A stretch of DNA of 64,000 nucleotides, from assembly GCA_046590425.1 (NCBI GenBank), contig JBKJTI010000316.1:4618-68617 (forward strand), read 5' to 3'. The position numbers were made by a program, and so were the translations under genes. Under the pieces are notes generated by a model. The model was not told the DNA's origin and made no database searches. It saw only the letters and a list, made by a program, of their open reading frames with translations. Positions 20,168-29,342 of this stretch are shown here, in pieces. Source of the DNA: Cypionkella sp. (GTDB taxonomy: Bacteria > Pseudomonadota > Alphaproteobacteria > Rhodobacterales > Rhodobacteraceae). Every line of letters starts with the position of its first letter. Position 1 is the first letter of the stretch.

Positions 20168-20218
20168 TCAGAGCGCCGGGCCGATAATTCGGTTTTTGCG
20201 TGCGAATATGCGGTCCAT
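20168..20218 (-). CDS. Putative ileS leader peptide MDRIFARKNRIIGPAL
   Basis: 16 codons with three Ile codons (ATA, ATT, ATC); ATG follows the -10 box after a 6-nt gap; its 3' end overlaps hairpin 20152-20180. Confidence 0.6.
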   Translation of the reverse strand: MDRIFARKNRIIGPAL

Positions 20219-20224
20219 GCGCGC

Positions 20225-20253
20225 CTTATAGAAAGCCTAGCCGGAAAGGTCAA
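20225..20253 (-). promoter_or_regulatory. Sigma70 promoter of ileS
   Basis: TTGACC-17 nt-TATAAG on the minus strand. Confidence 0.7.
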
Positions 20254-20323
20254 AGCCCTGCGTCAGTGCGCAGCATTGCAGCGCGCCGGGAAAACCCGCA
20301 CCTTAGACGGACAGGAGCCCGAT

Positions 20324-20728
20324 ATGTCCCCCCTCGCCCGTTTTCCAATCACCCCCGCCCAGATCGACTGCGTTGTCGCCGCGTTTTATCAAAGCGTCCG
20401 CACGCATCCAACCCTGGCCCCGATTTTCGCGTCTCACATCAGCGATTGGCCCGCACATGAGATGAAAATCGCCCTGTTTTGGCGCAACGCCATTCTGCTG
20501 GAAGGCGGCTATGACGGCAATCCGATGGCGGTGCACAAGGCCGCAGGCAATGTCCGCCCCGGCATGTTCGATCCGTGGCTGGCGCTGTTTGACCAAACCC
20601 TCACCCGCGAGCTGCCGCCTGAAACCGCCAAAGCGTGGTCCGCCCTCGCCCACCGCATTGGCCGCGGCCTGCGCTATGGGCTGGTGGACAGCGCCAAAAC
20701 CGCCTCAGGCGTCCCTATCCTGCGTTGA
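20324..20728 (+). CDS. Group III truncated hemoglobin
   Basis: FYQSVR.HP.L.PIF, DWPAHEMKIALFW, FDPWLALF. Confidence 0.88.
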   Translation: MSPLARFPITPAQIDCVVAAFYQSVRTHPTLAPIFASHISDWPAHEMKIALFWRNAILLEGGYDGNPMAVHKAAGNVRPGMFDPWLALFDQTLTRELPPETAKAWSALAHRIGRGLRYGLVDSAKTASGVPILR

Positions 20729-23512
20729 AACCTCGCCCGCCCAGCGGTTCAGCCATGCCAGCCCCGCCAGGCACAAGCCCAGCCCCAAGAAGCTGACCAC
20801 CCGCGTCAGGCCCGTCAGCCCCGCCGCATCCAGCAGGAATACCTTGGCAATCGTCAAACCGATCACCGCCATCGCCACCCGCCGCAGCAGGCCAGAGCGC
20901 CGCGCAATCGCCTGATAGAGCAGCCCCGCCCCCAGCAGCATCAGCATCAGCGTGTAGCTGTAAAGCTCGCCCTGCACCGTGCCATAAGCCCCCAGCCAAT
21001 CGCCCTGCCAGAACCGCCGGATCTCCAATCCGATGTACAAAGCCAGCAGCGCCAGCCCGATCACCAAGAACCCTAACCGCAAGCGGCGGCCCAGCCCCGG
21101 CAGCTTCCACACCGCCGCCAGCAGCATCAGCCCCGGCACGCCGTAAGCCAGCAGCAGCGTATCCAAAACCAGCGGCCCCAGCACCAAAGCCCCCGCGTCT
21201 TCGGCATAGTAACTGAACAGCGGGTTAAACGGCCCCACCGCCAGCGCCAAAGCCCCCGCAGCCAGCACGCCCGCCACCACAGCAATGGCTTGGCGCAACC
21301 GCATCAGCACACCGCCCAGACGTGCGCGGTAAATTTGCATCAGCATCAATACCAGCCACGGCAGCGCGTTCAGGCTGGCCCCCCAATGTGTGAACATGTC
21401 GCCATCCGCTTGTATATTTGCGCGCAAGATCAGCCGTGAAATCAGCAGGGTGACCAAGATCGCGCCCAACCCCGCCGCTGCCGATTCCAGCACGCCCTTC
21501 GGCAGAATCCGCCCCTCTGGCAAAATCCGCAAGGCTGCGATCAGCGCTACAATCACCCCGCCAAACGCCAGAACCACTTGGCCCAACGGAGCCTCAAATG
21601 CCCAGTCCAACCCCGGATCGGCCAACAAGCGATAGCCCAGAACCGCCACCGCGACCTGAATGAACCAGCCCATTTCCGGCAGCTTAAACCGTCGATCCAA
21701 CCAAGCCGCGACCAGCGCCAACAGGGCCAAAGCCAAGGTCAACGCGGTATGCGTGGTGACCAAGAATAGTGCCAAAGCGATCAGCGACAGCGCCGACAGC
21801 GTCGCATAGGCAGGGCGGCGTCGATCCGACCCGCGCGCGAATATCACCGCCAGCCCAACCATGCCCACCGCCACCGCCATCACATGCAGCGCCCACGGGT
21901 AGGCCCCGATCACCCGCTCGGGTATCCACAGCAGCGCCAAAATGGCCACTGCGACCGGAGCCACCAAAGCCGCCGCCGCCCCATGCAGCAGTGCGAGCAC
22001 CCCTTCCTGACGCGATCTCCACGCAAATGCCGCAGACATCAGCGCCGCCATGCCCACCAACCATGTGATCGTTATCGGAGCCGCCACTTCTGGACCGCGA
22101 TCCGCCGCACCCAAAAACTCCCAGAATAGCGGCATCTGCGCCGAGCCGATCTGCAGCAGCATCAGCCAGAACCCCACCGCAGGCACAAAGCCCAGATCGG
22201 CAAGCCCCTCGGCGCGCTCCGCCCAAACCACATAGACCAGCGCCAGCACGGTCAGCCCGCTCAGCGCCAGCATCGCCTCGGCCCCCGTGGCCCCCGCCAA
22301 AAGCACCAAACCAGCCGTCGAGGCCAAAGCCGCTCCTGCCGCCAGCAGCACCGGAAACGCCGGCCGCACTTTGCCCAGCATCCCCGCCATCAGCACAGAC
22401 GGCCCATCCTGCCGAGGCACCAAACCGCGCTCGGGGATCGCCACCGCCAGCAGCGCCAGCCCCAGCAGCAGCGCCACCCAACCCAGCACCCCTGCGCCCG
22501 CCGCCATCGACAGCCAGCCGCCCGCATAGCCTAGCACCAGCGCCAGCACGGAAACCCAAGCCCAGCGCCGCAAGGTGTCCACCCCCAGCCCCAAGGCCGC
22601 GATCAAGGCGAAATAACCATACAGCCACGGCCCAGCCTCTGCCCCGCCCGCCACCACAAACGACGCCGCAAACGCCCCCAAAAGGCCCACCGCGATCAGC
22701 AACGGCCCGTAGAACCAGCCCAACACCAGCGCCAGCACCGCCGTCGCGACCAACCCCGCAAACGCCATCTGCGGACCGATCAGCCCATACATCAGCCGCG
22801 CCGACAGCACGGCAGCGAACACCGAAACCAGCCCCGCGCCTGCGAAAACCGAAGGCAGATAGGCGGTCGAGACATCTTCGCCATCGCCAGACCTATGCCG
22901 CAGCCACTCCCCCGCGCCGATCAGACAAAGGCCAAAGGTGATGCCCGCCAACACCCGCAGCCCCGGCGGCAACAGACCGTTTTCAATGCCGTATTGTACG
23001 AAAAACACCCCGGCCAAAGCCAGCGAGGCGGCAGACACCGCATAAACCCAATTCTCCTTCAGCCAATTCACCAAGCGCGCGAACACACTCGGCCCCGCAG
23101 GCACCCGCGCCACTACAGGCGCAGGCATGGCAGGTGTCGCAGCAGCACCGCGCGCAGCCGCCGCGCGCTCCCACGGCGTCATCGGTCTGGCGGCGTCCAC
23201 ACCCGCAGGCTCCCCCGCTTTGGCATCAACACTGGGCGAGCCCACCTCAACCTCAACCGGCCCCGCTTCATTCAGAACCGGATCAACAGCCGCCGTCTCC
23301 GCGATGACCGTGGCTGCAAGTCCATCCGGTACAGGCGCTTGCGCTGCATCCACCGCCCCGACCATCGCCTGCAACCGCGCGCCTTGCGCGGCCACCTGCC
23401 GTTCCAGCATATTCACCCGCGAGCGCAGGCCACTTTGCCCGATCAACAGCACGATAATCAGCACCGGAATGGCAAGCGCCACCAAGGCCAGCAGAACCAG
23501 CAACCCGTCCAT
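20705..23512 (-). CDS. DUF2339 large membrane protein
   Basis: WLKENWVY..VQYGIE, C-terminal KVFLLD..GL.GL.RVVSFLGLG; many TM helices. Confidence 0.85.
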   Translation of the reverse strand: MDGLLVLLALVALAIPVLIIVLLIGQSGLRSRVNMLERQVAAQGARLQAMVGAVDAAQAPVPDGLAATVIAETAAVDPVLNEAGPVEVEVGSPSVDAKAGEPAGVDAARPMTPWERAAAARGAAATPAMPAPVVARVPAGPSVFARLVNWLKENWVYAVSAASLALAGVFFVQYGIENGLLPPGLRVLAGITFGLCLIGAGEWLRHRSGDGEDVSTAYLPSVFAGAGLVSVFAAVLSARLMYGLIGPQMAFAGLVATAVLALVLGWFYGPLLIAVGLLGAFAASFVVAGGAEAGPWLYGYFALIAALGLGVDTLRRWAWVSVLALVLGYAGGWLSMAAGAGVLGWVALLLGLALLAVAIPERGLVPRQDGPSVLMAGMLGKVRPAFPVLLAAGAALASTAGLVLLAGATGAEAMLALSGLTVLALVYVVWAERAEGLADLGFVPAVGFWLMLLQIGSAQMPLFWEFLGAADRGPEVAAPITITWLVGMAALMSAAFAWRSRQEGVLALLHGAAAALVAPVAVAILALLWIPERVIGAYPWALHVMAVAVGMVGLAVIFARGSDRRRPAYATLSALSLIALALFLVTTHTALTLALALLALVAAWLDRRFKLPEMGWFIQVAVAVLGYRLLADPGLDWAFEAPLGQVVLAFGGVIVALIAALRILPEGRILPKGVLESAAAGLGAILVTLLISRLILRANIQADGDMFTHWGASLNALPWLVLMLMQIYRARLGGVLMRLRQAIAVVAGVLAAGALALAVGPFNPLFSYYAEDAGALVLGPLVLDTLLLAYGVPGLMLLAAVWKLPGLGRRLRLGFLVIGLALLALYIGLEIRRFWQGDWLGAYGTVQGELYSYTLMLMLLGAGLLYQAIARRSGLLRRVAMAVIGLTIAKVFLLDAAGLTGLTRVVSFLGLGLCLAGLAWLNRWAGEVSTQDRDA

Positions 23513-23628
23513 CCGCGATCCCCCACAGGTTTTCGTTACATTAGCCCCACCCGCCCGCTCTGCACAGTGGGGAATATCGCACCCGATAAGGCCTTGCCGC
23601 CGCGGAAATAACCCGCACAAATAGCCAC

Positions 23629-24840
23629 ATGATCAGCCAATCGACCCCGCTAAACATCGGTATCGTCGGCGCGGGCATCGGCGGTCTGGCCGCCGCCACG
23701 CCTTGCGCACAATCCGGCCACCACGTCACACTGGTAGAGCGCTTTGCCACCCCTCGCGCCTTGGGCTCCGGCCTTGTGCTGCAACCCGTCGGACTCGCCG
23801 TGCTGGACGAAATCGGTGCCGATGCCCGCGCCCTGGGCGCAAACATCACCCGAATGCTCGGCCACGCCGGGCGACGCAAAGTCCTCGATGTCGCCTACAA
23901 GCCCGACGCCCTCGGCCTTGCCATCCACCGCGCCAGCTTGTTCTCGGTGCTCTGGCACGCCGCCACCGCCGCTGGCATCACCTTGGAAACCGGCTCGGCC
24001 TGCCATGCCGCCCCGCTCAGCAACGGCAAACGCCTGATCCTGCGCGACACTGCCGACCCGCTCGGCCCGTTCGATCTGGTGATCGACGCCTCAGGCGCGG
24101 GCTCGACACTGTCACCCATGCAGGCCCGCCCGCTTCACTTCGGCGCGGTCTGGGGCACCGTGCCTTGGCCAAACGATACCGACCTGCCGCGCGATCAGTT
24201 GAGCCAACGCTACCAAGCCGCCCGCCACATGGCAGGCGTGCTGCCAATCGGCCAACTGCCCGGCAACCCGACGCCCCACGCCGCCGTGTTGTGGTCGCTG
24301 CCGCGCGACAAGCTCGACGATTGGCCGAACCAAGACCTGACCGCGTGGAAAGCCGAAGTCACCCAGCTTTGGCCACAAATGGCCCCGTTCCTGACCGCCC
24401 TGCACACCCCCGCCGACCTCACCCCCGCCCGCTACAGCCACGGCACCCTGCGCCGCCCCTATGCCGAAGCCCTTGCCTTCATCGGAGACTCTGCCCACCG
24501 CGCCAGCCCACAACTCGGTCAAGGTGCCAACATGGCACTGCTCGATGCCCTCGCCCTGCGTGAAGCCCTTCGCCTCCCCCTAGCGGAAGCCCTGCTCCGC
24601 TACGCCCAGATGCGCCGCTGGCATGTCCGCGCCTATCAAACCATGTCCGCCGCCTTCACGCCGATGTATCAATCCGCCAGCACCACCCTGCCGTTCTTGC
24701 GCGATCACCTGCTCGCCCCGCTGGCGACAGTCTGGCCCGTCAACCGCATCCTGACCGCGCTGGTTTCTGGCACCATGCTGCCGCCCATAGCTGGACTGTA
24801 CAGGCAGCAAAGCGCTGGACAGCCCACGCCCACGCGCTAG
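23629..24840 (+). CDS. FAD-dependent monooxygenase/oxidoreductase
   Basis: VGAGIGGL, IDASG, GDSAHRASPQLGQGAN. Confidence 0.9.
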   Translation: MISQSTPLNIGIVGAGIGGLAAATPCAQSGHHVTLVERFATPRALGSGLVLQPVGLAVLDEIGADARALGANITRMLGHAGRRKVLDVAYKPDALGLAIHRASLFSVLWHAATAAGITLETGSACHAAPLSNGKRLILRDTADPLGPFDLVIDASGAGSTLSPMQARPLHFGAVWGTVPWPNDTDLPRDQLSQRYQAARHMAGVLPIGQLPGNPTPHAAVLWSLPRDKLDDWPNQDLTAWKAEVTQLWPQMAPFLTALHTPADLTPARYSHGTLRRPYAEALAFIGDSAHRASPQLGQGANMALLDALALREALRLPLAEALLRYAQMRRWHVRAYQTMSAAFTPMYQSASTTLPFLRDHLLAPLATVWPVNRILTALVSGTMLPPIAGLYRQQSAGQPTPTR

Positions 24841-24861
24841 GTTATCTCAAAAGGAAACCCG

Positions 24862-25230
24862 ATGCGTGATCCGTCCCTGAACGTGCTAGGCAGTGCTTTG
24901 GAAAGCTGCTCCTCCGCCCCGATGACCGGGTTTTTCCGGGATGGCTGCTGCAATACCGGCCCGATGGATCAGGGCCTGCACACCGTCTGTGCTCTGATGA
25001 CGGCGGAATTTCTGGCCTATTCCAAATACCTAGGCAATGATCTGTCCACCCCGCGCCCGGAATACGGCTTTGCAGGCCTGAAACCCGGCGATCAATGGTG
25101 CCTTTGCGCAGGCCGCTTTCTGCAAGCGCATGAGGAAGGCGTCGCCCCGCAAATCCGACTGAAATCCACCCACCAACGCACGCTGGATGTGGTGCCGCTG
25201 CGCATCCTGCAAACCTACGCCGCCGACTAG
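24862..25230 (+). CDS. DUF2237 family protein
   Basis: TGFFRDGCC, GNDLSTP, LKPGDQWCLCA. Confidence 0.9.
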   Translation: MRDPSLNVLGSALESCSSAPMTGFFRDGCCNTGPMDQGLHTVCALMTAEFLAYSKYLGNDLSTPRPEYGFAGLKPGDQWCLCAGRFLQAHEEGVAPQIRLKSTHQRTLDVVPLRILQTYAAD

Positions 25231-25332
25231 AGCGTGTCAGATTTTGATAGAACATCCTTATCGAAAAACGCGTTCGAGCGCGTGGGAGAGAGGCCGCGAT
25301 TTTCGATTCAATCTTAACCTGACACGCTCTAG
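25227..25332. repeat. CIR/Bru-RS-like miniature inverted-repeat element, copy 1
   Basis: 14-bp terminal inverted repeat CTAGAGCGTGTCAG supplies the stop codons of both convergent genes; internal GATTC; homologous to 63197-63299. Confidence 0.8.
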
Positions 25333-25850
25333 GCAGCCGTCTGCGGCACCGGCAATCGCAAGGTGCCATCCTCATCCCGCATCAGATCCTCGATGAACAG
25401 CGAAAGCAGTTGCGAGCGTCCACTGACCCCCGCCTTACGATAAATCGCATTCGTCTGTGCTTTCACCGTGCCCTCGGACGTGCTGCGCAAGGCCGCAATC
25501 TCTCCGGTAGACATGCCCTTGATTGCAAACAACGCGACGTCTTTTTCCGCTGGCGTCAGCCCCCATTCGGCAAACCGCTCGGCCAGCAGCACCATGAACG
25601 CCCCCGAGGCCCGCCGCAGCCGGGTTTCGGCCTCGCGCCTGTCCACAATCGCCCGGCGCAACAGGATCGCGCCCAAAACCACACCCACAACCAGCCCGAA
25701 CGCCGCCCAGATCTCCATGATCTCGCGCAGTTCCCACGGCAGCGGCGTGGTGGTGATGCCGATTAAAGACGACAAGATATCCGCCACGAAAAAGATCGCA
25801 CATGCCGCCTGTAGGACGAATATCGCAAAGACGAAAGCCGGATGTCTCAC
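25329..25850 (-). CDS. Membrane-anchored LuxR-type HTH regulator
   Basis: Two N-terminal TM helices; WGLTPAEKDVA...SEGTVKAQTNAIYRKAGVSGR; GGAG RBS before GTG. Confidence 0.88.
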   Translation of the reverse strand: MRHPAFVFAIFVLQAACAIFFVADILSSLIGITTTPLPWELREIMEIWAAFGLVVGVVLGAILLRRAIVDRREAETRLRRASGAFMVLLAERFAEWGLTPAEKDVALFAIKGMSTGEIAALRSTSEGTVKAQTNAIYRKAGVSGRSQLLSLFIEDLMRDEDGTLRLPVPQTAA

Positions 25851-25904
25851 TTGTGCTCCAAAAATCTTCAGACCGCTATGGTGGGCAACCGCCGCCAAGG
25901 CCGA

Positions 25905-26408
25905 TCAATCCTCGCTGTCGTCCCCGCCACCTTTGCCCTCACCGCCACTATCTTCGCCGTCGCCGCCTTTGCCGTCGCCATGACCGCTTGAGTCGCCATC
26001 GTCCGACCCGCCATCATCAGATCCGCCATCATCAGATCCGCCATCATCGGATCCATCATCGCCCGACCCATCATCAGACCCAGATCCATCGTCCCCCGAA
26101 CTGCCCTTGCCTGAACCATCGTCCCCGCTGATCTGCGGCACCACCTGACCATCAGCCGCCAGCACCACGTCGCGCAAAATCTCGCCGGTGCGCGGGTTCA
26201 GGATGATCTCGCGAGAGGCACCACGGCGCGCGCCGACAATTCGCACCCGGCCCAGCATGGTGCGCTCGACATTGATCTCGCGGTAACCTTGGCTGCGCAA
26301 CTGCGCGACCACCGACTTTTGAAAGCTCTGCGCCGATGCGGCGCTGGCCATAAAGACAGCACCGACCACGCCGGCCGCGCAACGCCCTAAGAAAAATCTG
26401 CGGTTCAT
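25905..26408 (-). CDS. Secreted PepSY-like protein with Asp/Gly/Ser-rich tail
   Basis: MNRRFFL twin-arginine-like signal; QLRSQGY...REIILNPRTGEILRD; DDGGS repeats. Confidence 0.75.
   Translation of the reverse strand: MNRRFFLGRCAAGVVGAVFMASAASAQSFQKSVVAQLRSQGYREINVERTMLGRVRIVGARRGASREIILNPRTGEILRDVVLAADGQVVPQISGDDGSGKGSSGDDGSGSDDGSGDDGSDDGGSDDGGSDDGGSDDGDSSGHGDGKGGDGEDSGGEGKGGGDDSED
25983..26100. repeat. Degenerate 15-bp coding tandem repeat (DDGGS)
   Basis: Units such as CCGCCATCATCAGAT. Confidence 0.8.
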
Positions 26409-26511
26409 CCCGTTTCCCTTCGAGGCCAAAACCGCCCCGGCTGCACCCACACTATCACCCATGCAAAGCGCCCCGGCAAGGCCGGGGCACCTGAAGCTCG
26501 CAAAACTGGCC

Positions 26512-27039
26512 TCAATCGTCCGAACTGCCCTCGCCGCCACCATGGCCGCTGTCATCATGGCCACCATCGTCGTGGCCACTGTCATCATCACCACTGTCAT
26601 CATCGCCGCTGTCATCATCGCCGCTGTCATCGTCGCCGCTGTCGTCATCGCCGCTGTCGTCGTGACCACTGCCTCCATGATCATCGCCCGCATCATGATC
26701 CGGGCCGTCATCCGAGATGTCGTCATCGGAACTGTCGTCACCCGTGAAATCGTGATCGGTGCTCGATACTTCCAGACCGCTGTTGCTGTCATCCACGCCA
26801 ACGACCTCGGATTCACGCTTGATCACATCGCCGCTGACTTTGTCGTACACCACTTCTACGCGCATCCCGTCCTTCACCGCCTCAACCTTGATCTGGTTCG
26901 GGCTTTCCTTCACCTCGATCGCCGAATAAGCCGCGTTCTGATAGCTATCCACCACATCGGCCACAGTGATCGCCTGCGCCATGCTGGCCGAAAACGCCAG
27001 CGCTGCGGTGAAAATTATCGGTTGCCGTGTCCGTCTCAT
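26512..27039 (-). CDS. Secreted PepSY-like protein with Asp/His-rich tail
   Basis: Sec signal ending AQA; IKVEAVKDG..VEVVYDKVSGDVIKRE; DDSGD and DDSGH repeats. Confidence 0.78.
   Translation of the reverse strand: MRRTRQPIIFTAALAFSASMAQAITVADVVDSYQNAAYSAIEVKESPNQIKVEAVKDGMRVEVVYDKVSGDVIKRESEVVGVDDSNSGLEVSSTDHDFTGDDSSDDDISDDGPDHDAGDDHGGSGHDDSGDDDSGDDDSGDDDSGDDDSGDDDSGHDDGGHDDSGHGGGEGSSDD
26540..26670. repeat. 15-bp coding tandem repeat (DDSGD)
   Basis: About 8 degenerate units of CCGCTGTCATCATCG. Confidence 0.85.
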
Positions 27040-27348
27040 TTTGTTTCCTGACTTTGCTGAAGTGCCAAACGATGCCGCATCCGGCGACAAATTCAGCGAT
27101 GACAGCCCAAACACCCCCTGCCTATTGGCGCAGAGTTTACCGCGATCGGATCGGCCCACAGTTTGCGGATATAAACCGCAGTTTAGGCGAAACCCGGCAT
27201 AAGCGTTTGGCTTAACCGAGAGAACCTATCGCGAAAATTCAGGAAAATATGCCTATATCAAATGCTTAAGACATTGGTCTGAAGCTTCCGCGCTCATCGT
27301 CAGACCATAGTCCGAGCGGGCAAATCGGTGATTCGGACAGCGCCCAGC

Positions 27349-27379
27349 AAAAAGCCGCGCCAATTTGCATCGGCGCGGC
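27349..27379 (-). terminator. Intrinsic terminator after trpB
   Basis: GCCGCGCC/GGCGCGGC stem followed by T5 on the minus strand. Confidence 0.7.
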
Positions 27380-27400
27380 CCCCCAACGTTCAATCCAGCG

Positions 27401-28633
27401 TCAGATCTTCATATCAAAGCCAAGGTGCTTGGCGACGGTGAAGATATCCTTGTCGCCGCGCCCACACATATTCATCACGATGATATGGTCCTTCGGCAAA
27501 CCCGGCGCGATCTTCATCACATGCGCCAGCGCGTGGCTTGGCTCCAGTGCCGGGATAATGCCTTCGAGCTTGCAAGACAGCTGAAAGGCCTCCAACGCCT
27601 CGGCATCGGTGATGCTGACATATTGCGCCCGGCCCCTATCGTGCAGCCAGGAATGTTCCGGCCCAATCCCCGGATAATCGAGACCCGCCGAGATCGAGAA
27701 GCCTTCGAGGATCTGCCCGTCATTGTCCTGCAACAGATAGGTCCGGTTGCCATGCAACACACCGGGGCGACCGCCCGTCAGCGAAGCGCAATGCTGCATC
27801 CGGTCATCGACCCCCTTGCCGCCCGCCTCCACGCCAATGATGTTCACCGAAGGATCATCCAAGAACGGGAAGAACAGCCCCATCGCATTCGACCCACCGC
27901 CAATCGCCGCCACCACGGTATCGGGCAGACGCCCCTCGCCTTCCTGCTCGGCCAACTGCCAACGCACTTCCTTGCCGATGATGCTTTGAAAATCGCGCAC
28001 CATTGCCGGATAAGGATGCGGCCCCGCCACCGTGCCGATACAATAGAAGGTGTCGCGCACATTGGTCACCCAATCGCGCAAGGCATCGTTCATCGCATCT
28101 TTCAGCGTGCCACGCCCGGACGTGACCGGAATGACTTCCGCCCCCAAAAGCCGCATCCGGAAGACGTTCGGCGCTTGGCGTTCGACATCATGTGCGCCCA
28201 TATAGACCACACATTGCAGGCCAAACTTCGCACACACCGTCGCCGTCGCGACGCCATGCTGCCCAGCGCCGGTTTCCGCGATGATCCGAGTCTTGCCCAT
28301 GCGGCGGGCAAGGATGATCTGACCCAGCACGTTGTTGATCTTATGCGCCCCGGTGTGGTTCAGCTCGTCGCGCTTCATATAGACCTTGGCCCCGCCCAAA
28401 TGCTCGGTCAACCGGGGCGCAAAATACAAAGGCGAGGGGCGGCCCACATAATGCTTCCACAGATCATCCATCTCCGCCCAGAAGGTCGGATCGGTCTTGG
28501 CAAATTCGTAGCGTGCTTCCAGATCAAGGATTAGCGGCATCAGCGTTTCCGACACGAACCGCCCGCCGAACTTGCCAAAACGACCTGCCTCATCCGGCCC
28601 GGTCATAAAGCTGTTAATACCGTCTTCCGCCAT
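27401..28633 (-). CDS. trpB: Tryptophan synthase beta subunit
   Basis: [32 protein letters not shown]. Confidence 0.98.
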   Translation of the reverse strand: MAEDGINSFMTGPDEAGRFGKFGGRFVSETLMPLILDLEARYEFAKTDPTFWAEMDDLWKHYVGRPSPLYFAPRLTEHLGGAKVYMKRDELNHTGAHKINNVLGQIILARRMGKTRIIAETGAGQHGVATATVCAKFGLQCVVYMGAHDVERQAPNVFRMRLLGAEVIPVTSGRGTLKDAMNDALRDWVTNVRDTFYCIGTVAGPHPYPAMVRDFQSIIGKEVRWQLAEQEGEGRLPDTVVAAIGGGSNAMGLFFPFLDDPSVNIIGVEAGGKGVDDRMQHCASLTGGRPGVLHGNRTYLLQDNDGQILEGFSISAGLDYPGIGPEHSWLHDRGRAQYVSITDAEALEAFQLSCKLEGIIPALEPSHALAHVMKIAPGLPKDHIIVMNMCGRGDKDIFTVAKHLGFDMKI

Positions 28634-28634
28634 C

Positions 28635-28877
28635 TTATTCCCCTTTGAAGCCGAATTCTTTACCCAAAATTCGGTACAGTTGTAGCGCAGCATCTTCACC
28701 AAACTGGAGCGTCTGGCTCAGTTTTCCAGGGATGTCGCGTTCACTTGATCCGTAGCTATTCAACTGGATCACTTTTTTCCCGTCATGCTGGCCTATCAAG
28801 TATTTGCAGACAAGTTGGGTAGGATGGGCACTTCGAATTTCTCTGTCGTCTTTTTCAACTGAACGAACGAACGCCAT
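28635..28877 (-). CDS. Small hypothetical protein (80 aa, low GC)
   Basis: AAGGGGGG RBS; QLNSYGS..R..PGK.SQTLQF pattern; stop lies 1 nt before the trpB ATG. Confidence 0.75.
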   Translation of the reverse strand: MAFVRSVEKDDREIRSAHPTQLVCKYLIGQHDGKKVIQLNSYGSSERDIPGKLSQTLQFGEDAALQLYRILGKEFGFKGE

Positions 28878-28894
28878 CGCTTCCCCCCTTCGAA

Positions 28895-29342
28895 CTATTC
28901 AATCTTGCGTTTATAGCCGATATGGGAGGGCGTAAACCCAAGCCGATCATAAAACCCATGCGCCCGCAGCCGGGTCTTGTCGGTGGTCAGCTGAATCACG
29001 CGCGCCCCCGCCGCGCGCGCGGGCCTCACATTCCGCCATCAACGCCTCGCCAATCCGCTGCCCACGCAGATCGCTCACCACCCGAACCGCTTCGACCAAC
29101 GCCCGCTTTGCACCCTGCCGCGACAGCCCGGCGAGGATGGTCAACTGGCAGGTCGCAATGATGCGCCCGCCGCTCTCGCCCACGATCAACTGATGCATCG
29201 GATTGGCCGCGATCTCATCAAAAGCCGCGAGATACGGCGCAAGATCCCCACTTTCCCGCGCCTGCCCCAGCGGATCGTCCGCCAGCAGCGCCACCAATGC
29301 CGCCACATCCGCGCGCTTGGCATCGCGAAAGCTTACAGCCAT
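28895..29342 (-). pseudogene. GNAT N-acetyltransferase, frameshifted
   Basis: VRVVSDLRGQRIGE motif A; the C-terminus VIQLTTDKTRLRAHGFYDRLGFTPSHIGYKRKIE* continues in another frame after a (CG)5 tract. Confidence 0.8.

Noticed and set aside
25983-26670. Possible CRISPR array
   Set aside because: 15-bp in-frame coding repeats with no unique spacers and no cas genes
26409-26816. N-terminal (MTAAM)n extension of ORF 25905-26816
   Set aside because: Alternative frame of the upstream gene's repeat; the better start is 26408
26461-27051. Hydrophobic repeat ORF (AAVII)n on the + strand
   Set aside because: Antisense mirror of the DDSGD repeat; the minus-strand gene has the RBS and signal peptide
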